In this document: positions 28,031 through 39,329 of the stretch, piece after piece | Layout of the letters: every line of letters starts with the position of its first letter | Numbering within the stretch: the stretch's first letter is position 1 | IMG/VR virus record: IMGVR_UViG_3300027759_000045 | Coordinates: 186,001-250,000 of that record | Direction: 5' to 3' (one strand) | Length of the DNA stretch: 64,000 nucleotides | Position numbers and translations under genes: made by a program | The notes under the pieces: generated by a model | The model's input: only the letters and a program-made list of their open reading frames with translations | Told to the model about the DNA's origin: nothing | Database searches by the model: none

Positions 28031-31000
28031 ATGGCTATTAGCAAAATTGCAGGACAGATGTTAAAGAACACTCTCGAAAGAGATGGTTCTAATCTGGCAA
28101 TTTCTGACACAGTAGCCGACACCCCGGTTGTCTTTGTTGACGTTGTAAATTCCAGAGTTGGTGTTAACAACGCAACTCCTGCTCAAGCACTTGATATTGT
28201 TGGCAATGCTATAGCCAACAATCTTTTTTCGTCCGACACTGTCAGCGCAGTTGGCAACATTATCGGTGGTAACGTCAATACCGCAGGTGTAATGAGTGCT
28301 GTTGGCAATATCATTGCCAACGTTGGTAGTTACTTCATCGGCAACGGTAGCCTATTAACAGGCATTGATGCCACCAGTATTCAGAATGGCAATAGCAATG
28401 TAAAAGTCTATGCCAATGCAAATGTAGCCACCAGTGTAGGCGGCACAGCCAATGTATTTTTAGTCACTGGCACAGGTGCTAACGTTGCTGGCACAGTCAA
28501 CGCCACAGGAAATCTTGTTGCCAATGGTGTAACGCTATCTGGCAATGCTATATCGGCGGCATCTGGAAAGTTGGCGCTCGGATCAAATGCTAATATCTTA
28601 ATCACTGGTGGATCGGCAAATTATGTACTGAGTACTGATGGCAGCGGCAACTTGTCCTGGTCGTCAGCAGGGTCAATTGGGGTCATTGGTAATGTCATTC
28701 CGCTAGGAACACCCACTGATGGTAATCTAGCAGGCAACACTGTGGCATACGATGGCTGGACAACTGCTACTTTTGTAACAGATAGTGTGGATGATCTTAA
28801 TCAAGTAGCACTAAACATTGCCAAAGGAACTTTTGTTGGCCAAGCCAATCTTGTGGCCAATGTAACATCCGGCCCAAGTCCACTAAGTGTAGCCTTCACT
28901 GGCACCTATGTAGGTACAGCCACTAATTTTTTATGGGACTTTGGTGATAGTACCACAGCATCCACACAGAACCCTACAAAAACCTACAGCAATGTATCAG
29001 GCGGACAATTCTCGGTTACATTTACAGCGTGGAATGCCAATGGTACCTATGCTGGCAATGCTGCCGCCGGAGCCAAAGGATCAGTTGATTCCACCACTCG
29101 CACAGATTACATCACTCTGTTTACCCCGTTGCCGATACCATCGTTTACCACAAGTCCAACGACATTAGACACTGGTAGCAGTGTAACACTAACCAACACC
29201 AGTCTGTATGCTACATCTTATTCAATTAACTACGGCGATGGTAATATTGTTAACCCTGGCAATAGTTTTACCACCAACAGTCACACCTACACAAATTCGG
29301 CCAATGTAGACACTATCTATGGAATTAATTTAACTGGCACAAATCAAACAGCAGGAAATGCACCACCATACAGTGTAACATCAGCTAACACCAACGTCAA
29401 GGTGTACACACAGCAAAGTCCTGCAATCACTGCCAACATTGCAACAACCATTAACTATGCATCCACCTCTGGTGGAGTGGTAAGTTTCCGTAACGACACT
29501 CCAGGCACGCCAGGAAACACCGCAAGTTTTGGTGCTCAACAATTGTATAACTTCCAGTGGGGAGACAGCACTGCCAACAGCAATATCAATATTCAAACTG
29601 GCCTAGCAGGCAACCCTGGAGCAGCCAACGTCACACATGCGTTTGCACTGACATCACTGCAACAAAATGCAGCCACCTCAGTAAGTTACACTGCAAATCT
29701 TTGGTTGTATACCGGATTCAGTACCAGCCCGTTTAAGTCTAGCAATGTTACAATTACAATTGAACCAGAAGTTCGTGCCAATTTTATAGGCACCAGCAAC
29801 ACACAGACTGATGCAACTGGATACACATCAAATGCTCAAGTAGGTTACCTGTATACCGATTATAACGGTCTCGATCGTAGTTTGTTTAATTTCAGCAACG
29901 ACACTTCTCCTAATGTAGCATTTACAGGAAACGTGTTCAATTGGACCTGGGGAGATACCACAGCAAACACCGGCATAACTAGTCGAGCCAATATTACTCA
30001 TTCATATCAAAGTGCTGTGGGATCTCCAACCACTGGAACTAAAACAGTGGCATTACAGGCCAACGGCACACCAGGAACTCTTTCACAAACTAACACGCTG
30101 ACACGAACTGCTTACATCACAATATTATCTAATCCTACAGCACCTATTAATCTCAGCGGATTTAGTAATGTGACCATAGCCAACACAAGTCAAGGAACCA
30201 GTCCGTTGTTAGCAGCCGGTGCCACAGACAACACTGGCGGCAATATTGTGGCCAACGGCATATCAGTGACCAGATTTGCCACAACTACTCCTATTGCCAC
30301 TGCTGGTAATGTAACTCTTGCCAACACAGCAACCACTGGCACATTGACTGCTTATGTAAACAATGTAGCCGCTGGCAATGTGACTTTTACCACTGGCGGA
30401 AACACAGTTGGCACAGCGGGAGCATTGGTTGTGTCTGCAGATCGAGACCTGCACATATCCAATGCCGCTGTTCCTACCGGTTTTTACAAGGTATTTTCAG
30501 CCAACATCAGCAATAGTCTAGCAAGTCTGAGCACAGGATACAACAATTATAAATTTGTTCACAGTACCAGTGGTAACACAAACTATGTGGGATTTGTCAA
30601 GGACAATTTAAATTCTGCTCCTACTTTGGTAACCAGCAACGTGGTCATGTCTGGCAATGTTAGTGGAACCTATACGTATATTTCTGGAATACCATACTAC
30701 AGTGCTACTGGAAGTCCCAGCATAACTGTGTCGGCCTTGGAACTGCAAAACTTCACTGGTCAAACTTTCCGCAGTGCTGATCCGTTTACACTGGGTGCTG
30801 GAACAGCACTTGAGGGAACTGGCTCAATCATAGCCACACAAACTAAAACTTTGGTACAGATCAACGGAACATCCAGTATGCTCACCGGTGCCAATGTCAA
30901 CGCCAACGTGGGTATTGCATCAAACTACACCATGGGCAATGTCAATGTGTTGATCAACGGAGCAGTCAATGCTGTGGCAAATGTCACGGCCAATATATTC

Positions 31001-31762
31001 AACGTTGTTGGTACCAGCACCACAGTTCAATTGCCAACCAAGATACAGGTAAATGCTGTGGCCAATACTGGCATCAGTGAAGGCAACATTGCTGTCAGCG
31101 CCACACTGGGATCTGTGTACACTGACAATGGTTTACGCATAACCGGTTTTGGTGCCGGTGCCAACACCCCAGCATTCAGTGGTTCCACAAACAACTACAC
31201 TGCCAACGTTTGGGCCGGAGCACAAACCATTGCAGGCACACAAGAAGCAGTTGATCGATACGGTGTAGTTAAACACTATGTGACTGATTTAAGTACAGGA
31301 TATTTGCCTGTGGGGCCTGATCTTGCCACAGGACGCAGTGGACTACAATATTTTACTTTTGCATTCCGTAGAGCCACCATGGCCAACTTTGACATTAGAC
31401 TAACCACCACTACCGGCATTGCTGGTCTGTGGATTGCGGCGCCCGGAACCACAATAGATACAAATATTTCTGGCACAGGTCCTTCGTCAAGTCTTAACGG
31501 CTGGTTGGTCTGTTCAACACAGTACAATGGATCTGGTGTACCCGGAGCAAACACCGGAGCAGGTGGTGGCAACGGCAGTAACGGAGTAGCACTGACCGGT
31601 GCTGACATTGTGCCACTTAACTCAGCCATTGCCAACGTGAGCTACACTATGACTCTGGGTTCACAAAATTCAAGTAACAGCACAGGTAACAACATTTTAG
31701 TTCGTATAGCATTGAACACTAATCAAACTATCACTGCACTTTCAATAGGAGACGCTGTATAA
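28031..31762 (+). CDS. Large virion protein with PKD/Ig-like domains
   Basis: SGPSPLSVAF...WDFGD....QNPTKTY, YGDG, WGD repeats; 1243 aa, Thr/Asn/Gly-rich. Confidence 0.8.
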   Translation: MAISKIAGQMLKNTLERDGSNLAISDTVADTPVVFVDVVNSRVGVNNATPAQALDIVGNAIANNLFSSDTVSAVGNIIGGNVNTAGVMSAVGNIIANVGSYFIGNGSLLTGIDATSIQNGNSNVKVYANANVATSVGGTANVFLVTGTGANVAGTVNATGNLVANGVTLSGNAISAASGKLALGSNANILITGGSANYVLSTDGSGNLSWSSAGSIGVIGNVIPLGTPTDGNLAGNTVAYDGWTTATFVTDSVDDLNQVALNIAKGTFVGQANLVANVTSGPSPLSVAFTGTYVGTATNFLWDFGDSTTASTQNPTKTYSNVSGGQFSVTFTAWNANGTYAGNAAAGAKGSVDSTTRTDYITLFTPLPIPSFTTSPTTLDTGSSVTLTNTSLYATSYSINYGDGNIVNPGNSFTTNSHTYTNSANVDTIYGINLTGTNQTAGNAPPYSVTSANTNVKVYTQQSPAITANIATTINYASTSGGVVSFRNDTPGTPGNTASFGAQQLYNFQWGDSTANSNINIQTGLAGNPGAANVTHAFALTSLQQNAATSVSYTANLWLYTGFSTSPFKSSNVTITIEPEVRANFIGTSNTQTDATGYTSNAQVGYLYTDYNGLDRSLFNFSNDTSPNVAFTGNVFNWTWGDTTANTGITSRANITHSYQSAVGSPTTGTKTVALQANGTPGTLSQTNTLTRTAYITILSNPTAPINLSGFSNVTIANTSQGTSPLLAAGATDNTGGNIVANGISVTRFATTTPIATAGNVTLANTATTGTLTAYVNNVAAGNVTFTTGGNTVGTAGALVVSADRDLHISNAAVPTGFYKVFSANISNSLASLSTGYNNYKFVHSTSGNTNYVGFVKDNLNSAPTLVTSNVVMSGNVSGTYTYISGIPYYSATGSPSITVSALELQNFTGQTFRSADPFTLGAGTALEGTGSIIATQTKTLVQINGTSSMLTGANVNANVGIASNYTMGNVNVLINGAVNAVANVTANIFNVVGTSTTVQLPTKIQVNAVANTGISEGNIAVSATLGSVYTDNGLRITGFGAGANTPAFSGSTNNYTANVWAGAQTIAGTQEAVDRYGVVKHYVTDLSTGYLPVGPDLATGRSGLQYFTFAFRRATMANFDIRLTTTTGIAGLWIAAPGTTIDTNISGTGPSSSLNGWLVCSTQYNGSGVPGANTGAGGGNGSNGVALTGADIVPLNSAIANVSYTMTLGSQNSSNSTGNNILVRIALNTNQTITALSIGDAV

Positions 31763-33105
31763 TGGCTGCTACATTTGGTGAAAGTCAAAAACTAGATTAT
31801 CTCTGGAAAAAAGTTGGTTACGGTGTAGCTAAGACTTCTATTCCTCCGCCCGGAAGTGGCAGTAAAGAAGCGTTTAACGAAAGCATAGCCAGCCCGTTGT
31901 TGTATCGCGGCGACCTAGTGTGGAAAGACAGCGGCAGTATTCCGAGCAGTCCTCCCAGTGATACCACATCAATAGTACAGGTTTACAAAGATGGTGGAGG
32001 AGTAGGATACAGTGCCACTGTGCAATGTACAGAAGATCTTACAGCACCAGACAACCAAACTTGGAAAACCAATCTTACCAATTGGATACCTACACAATTT
32101 GGCGACAACTATTTGGTGTTGGTTTATGTAGACACCACTGGGTCCACTACTCCACAAACCACTGGCACCAGATTGTTCCAGGCCGGTTCCGGCAGTGACG
32201 ATACTTGGTTTTTTGATTATCAAGCAGGCATTTTAAACTTCAACGGTGCCGCAATTCCGTCGGTTATTGCTGGAGGAGTCGCTGGAAAATCTGTTTTTAT
32301 TGTGGGCTACAGATATGTAGGACCATTTGGTGTGGGCGGCGACACTGGAAACATTACTTTTGCTAATACCACAATCAGCACCAACTTGGCCAATGGAAAC
32401 ATTACCCTAACTGCCACAGGCAACGGACTTGTGACCATATCTGGAACCAGCGGTGTAACAATACCGTTTGGTAACACAGTACAACGTCCTAATCCGGCAG
32501 TAGAAGGCACACTGCGATACAACAACGCCTTAAATCAGACTGAAATTTACACTGGATCTGACTGGGAAAGCGTTGGCGGAACAAGCGCAACTATTACCAA
32601 TCAAACCATCACACCAGATGGATCCAGCGTTACTTACACACTGGATGAGTCAGCCACTGCTGATGGAATTTTGGTCACAATCAACGGTATTAGTCAAACG
32701 CCAAATGTTGCCTACACAGTGTCAACCAATCAAATTACATTTGCTGACGCTCCAGAAACAACAGACATTATACAGATACGATTTATTTCAATTGTCAGCA
32801 CAGTGACATCCATAACAAATTCTGCAGGCACAGCAACTCTGAACACCACTGCCGCGGGCAACATTGATTTTGAAATAAGCAGTGTAACTGCGGCTCAGGT
32901 GACCAGCACTAAAATATTAAATATCAGTGCTGGACACAGTCTGCAACTGCCTGCATACACAGTGACTCAAGCAAATGCATTGGGTAATGTTGCAACTGGT
33001 CAGGTGATCTATGTGTCCAATGGTGCTGCCGGGTCGCCTTGTCTAGCAGTGTACACAAGTGGTGCCTGGAAGCAAGTGGCCATTGGCAGCACTATTACGA
33101 CTTGA
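31762..33105 (+). CDS. Virion fibre/baseplate-associated protein
   Basis: WFFDYQAGILNF; GNTVQRP..G.LRYN and DGS..TYTL modules. Confidence 0.7.
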   Translation: MAATFGESQKLDYLWKKVGYGVAKTSIPPPGSGSKEAFNESIASPLLYRGDLVWKDSGSIPSSPPSDTTSIVQVYKDGGGVGYSATVQCTEDLTAPDNQTWKTNLTNWIPTQFGDNYLVLVYVDTTGSTTPQTTGTRLFQAGSGSDDTWFFDYQAGILNFNGAAIPSVIAGGVAGKSVFIVGYRYVGPFGVGGDTGNITFANTTISTNLANGNITLTATGNGLVTISGTSGVTIPFGNTVQRPNPAVEGTLRYNNALNQTEIYTGSDWESVGGTSATITNQTITPDGSSVTYTLDESATADGILVTINGISQTPNVAYTVSTNQITFADAPETTDIIQIRFISIVSTVTSITNSAGTATLNTTAAGNIDFEISSVTAAQVTSTKILNISAGHSLQLPAYTVTQANALGNVATGQVIYVSNGAAGSPCLAVYTSGAWKQVAIGSTITT

Positions 33106-33314
33106 TCTGCACTGAAATAACGCATAATGTTAGATGTTTTTACCCGATTGGTAAATAATTATACATCTAATAAACACCCAACGCAATAAATTTATTTCAC
33201 ACTGATTGTTAAACTGAGCAGTGTGCTTTGTCACGACTTTGGTAAATACATTATAAATTTAGATTGCTGACATGGTTGTTGGCGATTTTTGAAGTTAAAA
33301 CAGGGGAATTACAA

Positions 33315-36300
33315 ATGGCTGTAACCAGAATTAAGAATAATCAAATCACAGACGCAACCATTGTTGCCAGTTCGAAATTACAGGATTATTCGATCAGTGC
33401 CGCAAAAATCGCAAACAATTTAACCTACGGGTCAAATTTGACAATTGCAGGGAACTTGACTGTTCAAGGCAATAGCACAGCAATTGATACCAACATCACC
33501 ACCATTGAAGATCCAGTTATTTTACTGGCTTCCACTCAGACTGGTGCTCCAGCAGTGGACATTGGTTTCATTGGTCAACGTGGTACCGGCAACAACATTG
33601 CTTTTGTCTGGGACGAAAGCGCACAGACCTTCGTAACAGCATTTACCAGCACTCCTGAGACAGCAACTACAATTGTGGTGTCAGCATATGCCAATCTTAC
33701 CACATTAAATGCCAATGTAACTGCTGGATTAACTGTTGCTGGTCAAAGCAACATTGCCAACTTGACAGTGGCAGCCAACTCTGTTGTGAGTTTTGGTAAT
33801 GTAGTGATCAGCAACGTTGCTAATCCTGTTGCCAACAGTGATGCAGCCACAAAACAGTATGTTACAGATCAATTAGGCAACTCAGCCTTCAGCATCACAG
33901 ACGGTACCACTACAGAAGCAGTCAACGGTGGCGACACAATTGACTTTGATGGAACAACAAATCAAATCACAGTCAATGTAGCATCAGTCAGTGCCAATAC
34001 CAGTAGTATTACTGTTGCATTGGCCAACAATGTTTCAGTGGTTGCCAACGTCACAGTGGGCAACATCTTGGCAGTAACCGGAACAGTCAACAGCAATTTG
34101 ATTCCAACCACAACTGCAACTTATAACCTAGGTGCTGCCGGTTCACTGTGGAAAGATTTATATTTGTCCGGCAACAGTATCTATATTGGTACACAGACTA
34201 TCACATCAAATGCCGAAGGCATTACACTTTCAAATACTGTGGTTGCTGGCAATGTTGCCACATCTGGCACAGTAAGTGCCACAGGAACCGGTACATTTGG
34301 CAATGTCAACACAGGTGGTGCAGTAAGTGCTACCAGTACAGTAACTGGTGGTAATTTGGCCACAGGTGGCACTGTGAGTGCTACCGGAACAGGCACATTT
34401 GGCAACGTTGCTACTGGTGGTACTGTGAGTGCTACTGGTACTGCCACCGTAGGCAATTTAGCCACAGGCGGAACAGTAAGTGCTGTTGGCCTTGGCACAT
34501 TTGGCAACGTAAGTGCAGTTGGCGCAGTTAGTTCTACAACTGTATCTGCTTCTGGTAACATCACAGGTGGCAATTTGGCCACAGGCGGAACAATCAGTTC
34601 AACTGGCGTGGCCACTCTGGGCAATGTCAACACAGGTGGTACTATAAGTGCCACTGGCAACATCACTGGTGGTAACGTATTAACCGGCGGCATTTCAAGT
34701 ACAACAGGAAATGTGCTTGGTGGCAACATCCTAACAGGTGGATTGATCAGTGCAACTGGCAATGGTACATTTGGTAACCTCAGCACAGCAGGTACTTTTG
34801 AAGCTGCAAGTCTAAGTGCTGTTGGTAATGTCACAGGTGGTAACTTAATAAGTTCTGGAATAATCAGTTCAACGGGCACGGCCACATTGGGCAATGTGGC
34901 CACAGGCGGCACGGTAAGTGCTACCAGCACAATCACTGGTGGCAACGTGGCCACAGGTGGCACAATTAGTTCCACAGGCACTGCCACACTGGGCAATGTC
35001 AACACAGGCGGATTGATTTCGGCAACTGGCAACATTACTAGTGCTGGCCTAGGCACATTTGGTAATGTCAATGTAAATGGATTTGTTTCTGCTACCGGTA
35101 ATGTCACCGGTGAGTATGTGATTGCCAACGCAGGATTCCAATCTCCTTCTGTGATTATTACTTCTACTTCTGCCAACAGTGGCATCAGTTTGGTAACCAA
35201 TGGAACAGGTAACATCAATGTCAACACCAGTTTCATCAACGGTGTTAAAGATCCACTGCAAGCACAAGATGCTGCCACCAAGAGTTATGTTGATGCAGTG
35301 GTTCAAGGTCTTGATCCAAAAGCATCTGTACACGCAGCCACATATGTTTCACTGCCTGCTTATGTCTACAACAACGGCACCAGCGGTGTAGGAGCAACTA
35401 TAACTGGTAATGTTGCCGGCAACTTGACTATTGATGGTGAAATAGTTTCATCTGGTCAGCGAGTGCTGGTCAAGAACGAAACCGGCGCATTTGTTAATAA
35501 TTCAACACCATCGGCTGCGTTCAACGGTATCTACGTGGTAACTACAGCAGGTGCTCCTGGTACAGCATATGTATTGACACGTTCTGTAGACTTTGACCTT
35601 GCAGTTGAAATGTACGGTGCGTTCACATTTGTTGAAACTGGTAATATCCAGGCTGACACAGGTTGGATATGTACAAACAACGCCGCAACTGGAATTGTAG
35701 TTGGCACAACATCGATTAACTGGACACAGTTCTCTGGAGCAGGACAGTATACAGCTGGCAATGCACTGTCATTGAATGGCACACAGTTCAACGTCAACAC
35801 TGATGGTTCTGCCAATGCCACAATTGGCATCAACGGTAGTAACCAGTTGATCATCCCGGCCAGTGCTACTCTAACAACACCAAATATTGGTGCGGCAACT
35901 GGCACAAGTTTAACTGCCACAGGCAACGTAGATGCTGGCAATGTGCTAACCGGTGGCTTGGTAAGTGCAACCGGCACCGGCACATTTGGCAACGTAAACA
36001 CAGGTGGTGCAGTCAGTGCAGGTGGCAACGTAACTGGTGTAACATTCGTTGGTAATGTTGCAGCCACTACTGTAAGTGCTTCAGGCAGCATCACAGGTGG
36101 CAATTTGGCCACAGGTGGAACAATCAGTTCCACAGGTACTGCTACATTAGGCAACGTGGCCACAGGCGGTACTATCAGTGCTACCGGTAACATTGACAGC
36201 GGCAATATCAGAACCACCGGCACTGTCAGTGCAACCGGCAATGTTGCTGGCGGCAATATCTTAACAGGCGGATTAGTAAGTGCTACTGGTAACTTGACTG

Positions 36301-38849
36301 CTGGCAACATCACATCCAATGGTAATTTTGACACAGTAAGCATCAGTGCTACTGGCAATATCAAAGGTGGCAATTTACAAACAGGCGGAACTGTGAGTTC
36401 CACAGGAACTGCCACACTGGGCAATGTCAACACAGGCGGATTGATTTCGGCAACTGGCAACATCACCGGCGGCAATATCCTAACCAGTGGCGCAGGCGGT
36501 GACATTTCTGGCACTGGCAACATCACAGGTGGTAACTTAATCACTGGTGGAATAATCAGCAGTACAGGTACTGCTACTGTGGGCAATGTTGCCACAGGTG
36601 GCACAGTAAGTGCTGTTGGTAACATCACTGCCAACGTTGGTAGTTTCTTCATTGGTAACGGTTCACAATTGACCGGCGTGGCAGCCAGCAGTGCAATTGC
36701 ATTGATCAATGGCAATACCAATATCACAACTGCTACAAACGGCAACGCCAATGTCACAATTGGTGGTACAAGCAATGTAGTGGTGTTTACCACAGGTGGC
36801 ATAAATGTAACCGGAACTGTCAGTGCAAACGGTACAGTAACAGGTGGCAACTTGGCCACAGGTGGTACAGTGAGTGCTACGGGCAATGCCACAGCAGGCA
36901 ATGTATTGACCGGCGGTGTAGTAAGTGCAGGCGGCAATGTAACTGGTGTAACATTCATTGGTAATGTTGCGGCTACAACTGTAAGTGCAACTGGCAACGT
37001 AACCGGTGCAACATTTGTTGGTAACGTTGCGGCCACTACTGTGAGTGCTACTGCTAATGTAACAGGCGGCAATGTACTAACAGGTGGATTGATCAGTGCC
37101 ACTGGTAATGTTAATGCAGGCAATGTAATTGCAACATCAGGCAAGTTTGGTAACATTGTAATCTCAGGTGATGACATCACTGATGTGGGTGGTGGTATTG
37201 TTAATATCAACGTTGCGCTGGCAGATGTAAACTTTGCTGTGAACGGTGACACTGTTGCTAACTTGTTGTTTGTGGATGCAGGAACAGACACAATCAGTAT
37301 TGGCAGCAATGTACAGACCACTGGTGCTGTACTAGCAGTTAATACCACAAACTCCATACTGTTCCCAGTTGGTAACACAGCACAACGTCCAACTGGTGTT
37401 GTTGGTATGTTGCGTTACAACACATCAGTTGACAGTGTAGAACAATACAGTACAACAGGTTGGAACACAGTTGGTACTCCAGCATTCACAGTGGTCACTG
37501 ACAACCAGTTCAACGGTGACGGTTCAACTGTGGCATTTACCCTGTCACAAGCCGCAACCACTGCTGGATCTATTATTGCAATCAACGGTGTTCAACAGAT
37601 TCCAACCACAGCATACGCAATCAGTGGCACTACACTGACATTCACTGAAGCACCTGCCACAGGCGACGTGATTGATGTGCGTATGTTTATAATTACAACC
37701 AGTGTCACCAGCATCTCAAATGCTTCTGGCAACGCAGTTGTAGCACCAAGTGAAACGGCTGCACAGGTCAACGTTACAGGTGACCTCAGTGTTAGTGGAA
37801 GCATTCTAGGTGGAAACATCAACAGTACTGCTATCACCAGTGGCACGTCAAACATGGCAATTGTCTCCAGTGGAGGCAACATCCGTGGTAATGTAGCCGG
37901 CACAACAGTGATGACCATTAGCCCAGGACTGGTAGATATCCAAGGCAACTTGACTGTGAGTGGCAACGCAACACTGAGCGGCAACATCCTAGGCGATCGT
38001 ATTCAAAACGGCACAACCAGTTTGGATATTCAGACAGCCAGTGGCAATGCCAACATCACAATTGGTGGCACAAGCAATGTGGCAGTGTTCACTACCGCAG
38101 GAGTGAATGTAACTGGCACTGTGAGTGCAAACGGCACTGTAACAGGTGGCAACATTGCAACAGGCGGCACAATCAGTTCAACTGGCAATGCTACAGTTGG
38201 CAACATCAGTGCTACTAATCATACAGGTACTACTGTAAGTGTAACTGGTGCAATAACAGCCGGCGGCGATCTAAGCCTAACAGGTAACATTGTTGATAGT
38301 GGTGCATTGACTGTTAGTACTTCCAGCAATGGCAACATTACTTTAAGTCCAAATGGATCTGGCGTTATTGTAGCTAACAAAGACATTGTTAATGGTCAAG
38401 GCAATGGCGTTGGTAATATTGGATCTGCAACAACTTACTTCAACACCATATTTGCCAAAGCAACAAGTGCGCAATACGCTGACTTGGCAGAGAAGTACGA
38501 AGCAGACGCAGAGTATGCACCGGGCACTGTGTTGGCATTTGGCGGTGACAAAGAAGTTACGCTGTCCACAGAAGCAGGTTCAACTAGAGTAGCAGGTGTT
38601 GTATCTACAAACCCAAGTTACATCATGAATGCCGGATTAACTGCTGAACACGTGGCAATGGTAGCACTGCAAGGTCGCGTACCATGTAGAGTTGTTGGAC
38701 CAGTTGCCAAAGGTGACATGATGGTGGCTGCCGGCAACGGTGCAGCCCGAGTGGACAACTCAGCTCGTGCAGGCAGTATTATTGGTAAGGCCCTGGAGAA
38801 CTTTAGCGGTGCTGAAGGCACAATTGAAGTGGTAATTGGTCGCAACTAA
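33315..38849 (+). CDS. Long tail-fibre-like protein with GNxxTGG.VSATG repeats and C-terminal autocleaving chaperone-like domain
   Basis: Start reassigned to MAVTRIK at 33315 (GGGG SD). Dozens of ~15-aa repeats, DAATK.YV motifs, C-terminal SAQYADLAEKY...GVVSTNP...ALQGRVPC...IIGKALE. Confidence 0.85.
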   Translation: MAVTRIKNNQITDATIVASSKLQDYSISAAKIANNLTYGSNLTIAGNLTVQGNSTAIDTNITTIEDPVILLASTQTGAPAVDIGFIGQRGTGNNIAFVWDESAQTFVTAFTSTPETATTIVVSAYANLTTLNANVTAGLTVAGQSNIANLTVAANSVVSFGNVVISNVANPVANSDAATKQYVTDQLGNSAFSITDGTTTEAVNGGDTIDFDGTTNQITVNVASVSANTSSITVALANNVSVVANVTVGNILAVTGTVNSNLIPTTTATYNLGAAGSLWKDLYLSGNSIYIGTQTITSNAEGITLSNTVVAGNVATSGTVSATGTGTFGNVNTGGAVSATSTVTGGNLATGGTVSATGTGTFGNVATGGTVSATGTATVGNLATGGTVSAVGLGTFGNVSAVGAVSSTTVSASGNITGGNLATGGTISSTGVATLGNVNTGGTISATGNITGGNVLTGGISSTTGNVLGGNILTGGLISATGNGTFGNLSTAGTFEAASLSAVGNVTGGNLISSGIISSTGTATLGNVATGGTVSATSTITGGNVATGGTISSTGTATLGNVNTGGLISATGNITSAGLGTFGNVNVNGFVSATGNVTGEYVIANAGFQSPSVIITSTSANSGISLVTNGTGNINVNTSFINGVKDPLQAQDAATKSYVDAVVQGLDPKASVHAATYVSLPAYVYNNGTSGVGATITGNVAGNLTIDGEIVSSGQRVLVKNETGAFVNNSTPSAAFNGIYVVTTAGAPGTAYVLTRSVDFDLAVEMYGAFTFVETGNIQADTGWICTNNAATGIVVGTTSINWTQFSGAGQYTAGNALSLNGTQFNVNTDGSANATIGINGSNQLIIPASATLTTPNIGAATGTSLTATGNVDAGNVLTGGLVSATGTGTFGNVNTGGAVSAGGNVTGVTFVGNVAATTVSASGSITGGNLATGGTISSTGTATLGNVATGGTISATGNIDSGNIRTTGTVSATGNVAGGNILTGGLVSATGNLTAGNITSNGNFDTVSISATGNIKGGNLQTGGTVSSTGTATLGNVNTGGLISATGNITGGNILTSGAGGDISGTGNITGGNLITGGIISSTGTATVGNVATGGTVSAVGNITANVGSFFIGNGSQLTGVAASSAIALINGNTNITTATNGNANVTIGGTSNVVVFTTGGINVTGTVSANGTVTGGNLATGGTVSATGNATAGNVLTGGVVSAGGNVTGVTFIGNVAATTVSATGNVTGATFVGNVAATTVSATANVTGGNVLTGGLISATGNVNAGNVIATSGKFGNIVISGDDITDVGGGIVNINVALADVNFAVNGDTVANLLFVDAGTDTISIGSNVQTTGAVLAVNTTNSILFPVGNTAQRPTGVVGMLRYNTSVDSVEQYSTTGWNTVGTPAFTVVTDNQFNGDGSTVAFTLSQAATTAGSIIAINGVQQIPTTAYAISGTTLTFTEAPATGDVIDVRMFIITTSVTSISNASGNAVVAPSETAAQVNVTGDLSVSGSILGGNINSTAITSGTSNMAIVSSGGNIRGNVAGTTVMTISPGLVDIQGNLTVSGNATLSGNILGDRIQNGTTSLDIQTASGNANITIGGTSNVAVFTTAGVNVTGTVSANGTVTGGNIATGGTISSTGNATVGNISATNHTGTTVSVTGAITAGGDLSLTGNIVDSGALTVSTSSNGNITLSPNGSGVIVANKDIVNGQGNGVGNIGSATTYFNTIFAKATSAQYADLAEKYEADAEYAPGTVLAFGGDKEVTLSTEAGSTRVAGVVSTNPSYIMNAGLTAEHVAMVALQGRVPCRVVGPVAKGDMMVAAGNGAARVDNSARAGSIIGKALENFSGAEGTIEVVIGRN

Positions 38850-38868
38850 GCTGATAAGTAAGTGAACA

Positions 38869-38896
38869 AGATAGGGTCTTCGGGCCCTATCTTTTT
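38869..38896 (+). terminator. Rho-independent terminator (UUCG loop)
   Basis: AGATAGGGTC-TTCG-GGCCCTATCTTTTT. Confidence 0.9.
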
Positions 38897-38917
38897 ATAT
38901 AGACAAAGGAATATAAC

Positions 38918-39250
38918 ATGACAGTATCAGTAGGACCAGGATGGTCAATAGGAGCAGGATGGGTGATAGAAGGTGGACCTACTCTTGTCACGACCAACCC
39001 TGGCCAAAACGTTACGGGCAGTCCAAACACTCAAGGATTTTTCTTTTCTGTGTTAAACAGAAGCGAACCGGGTTGGGATTACTTTGCAGCCAATGGCAAC
39101 AACGGAAATTGGACAGCCACCGGCGACTTTGGTAGCGGTACTGCCACTGTTCCTGTGCTCAGCGTGCCACAGGATGCTGACTCAGTTTATCCCATAGTAA
39201 GCGGCGGCCTATTCCAGCCTGGTTTATTTTATACTTTTGAAGGATATTAA
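38918..39250 (+). CDS. Small virion protein with N-terminal VGPGWSIG motif
   Basis: MTVSVGPGWSIGAGW, same leader as 22248 and 22972; AAGGA SD. Confidence 0.7.
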   Translation: MTVSVGPGWSIGAGWVIEGGPTLVTTNPGQNVTGSPNTQGFFFSVLNRSEPGWDYFAANGNNGNWTATGDFGSGTATVPVLSVPQDADSVYPIVSGGLFQPGLFYTFEGY

Positions 39251-39269
39251 GGAATAACATAACTGCTCC

Positions 39270-39299
39270 AAAATAGGACTTTTGCAGTCCTATTTTTTT
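39270..39299 (+). terminator. Rho-independent terminator
   Basis: AAAATAGGACT-TTTGC-AGTCCTATTTTTTT. Confidence 0.88.
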
Positions 39300-39329
39300 G
39301 ACTAAATATCATATAACAATGGAACTACA

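Noticed and set aside
34181-37987. Long minus-strand ORFs (366, 615, 131 aa) rich in Pro/Val/Leu
   Set aside because: Antisense shadows of the repetitive Gly/Asn/Thr fibre gene. The same applies to 14323..15075, 17735..18382 and 41305..41904.
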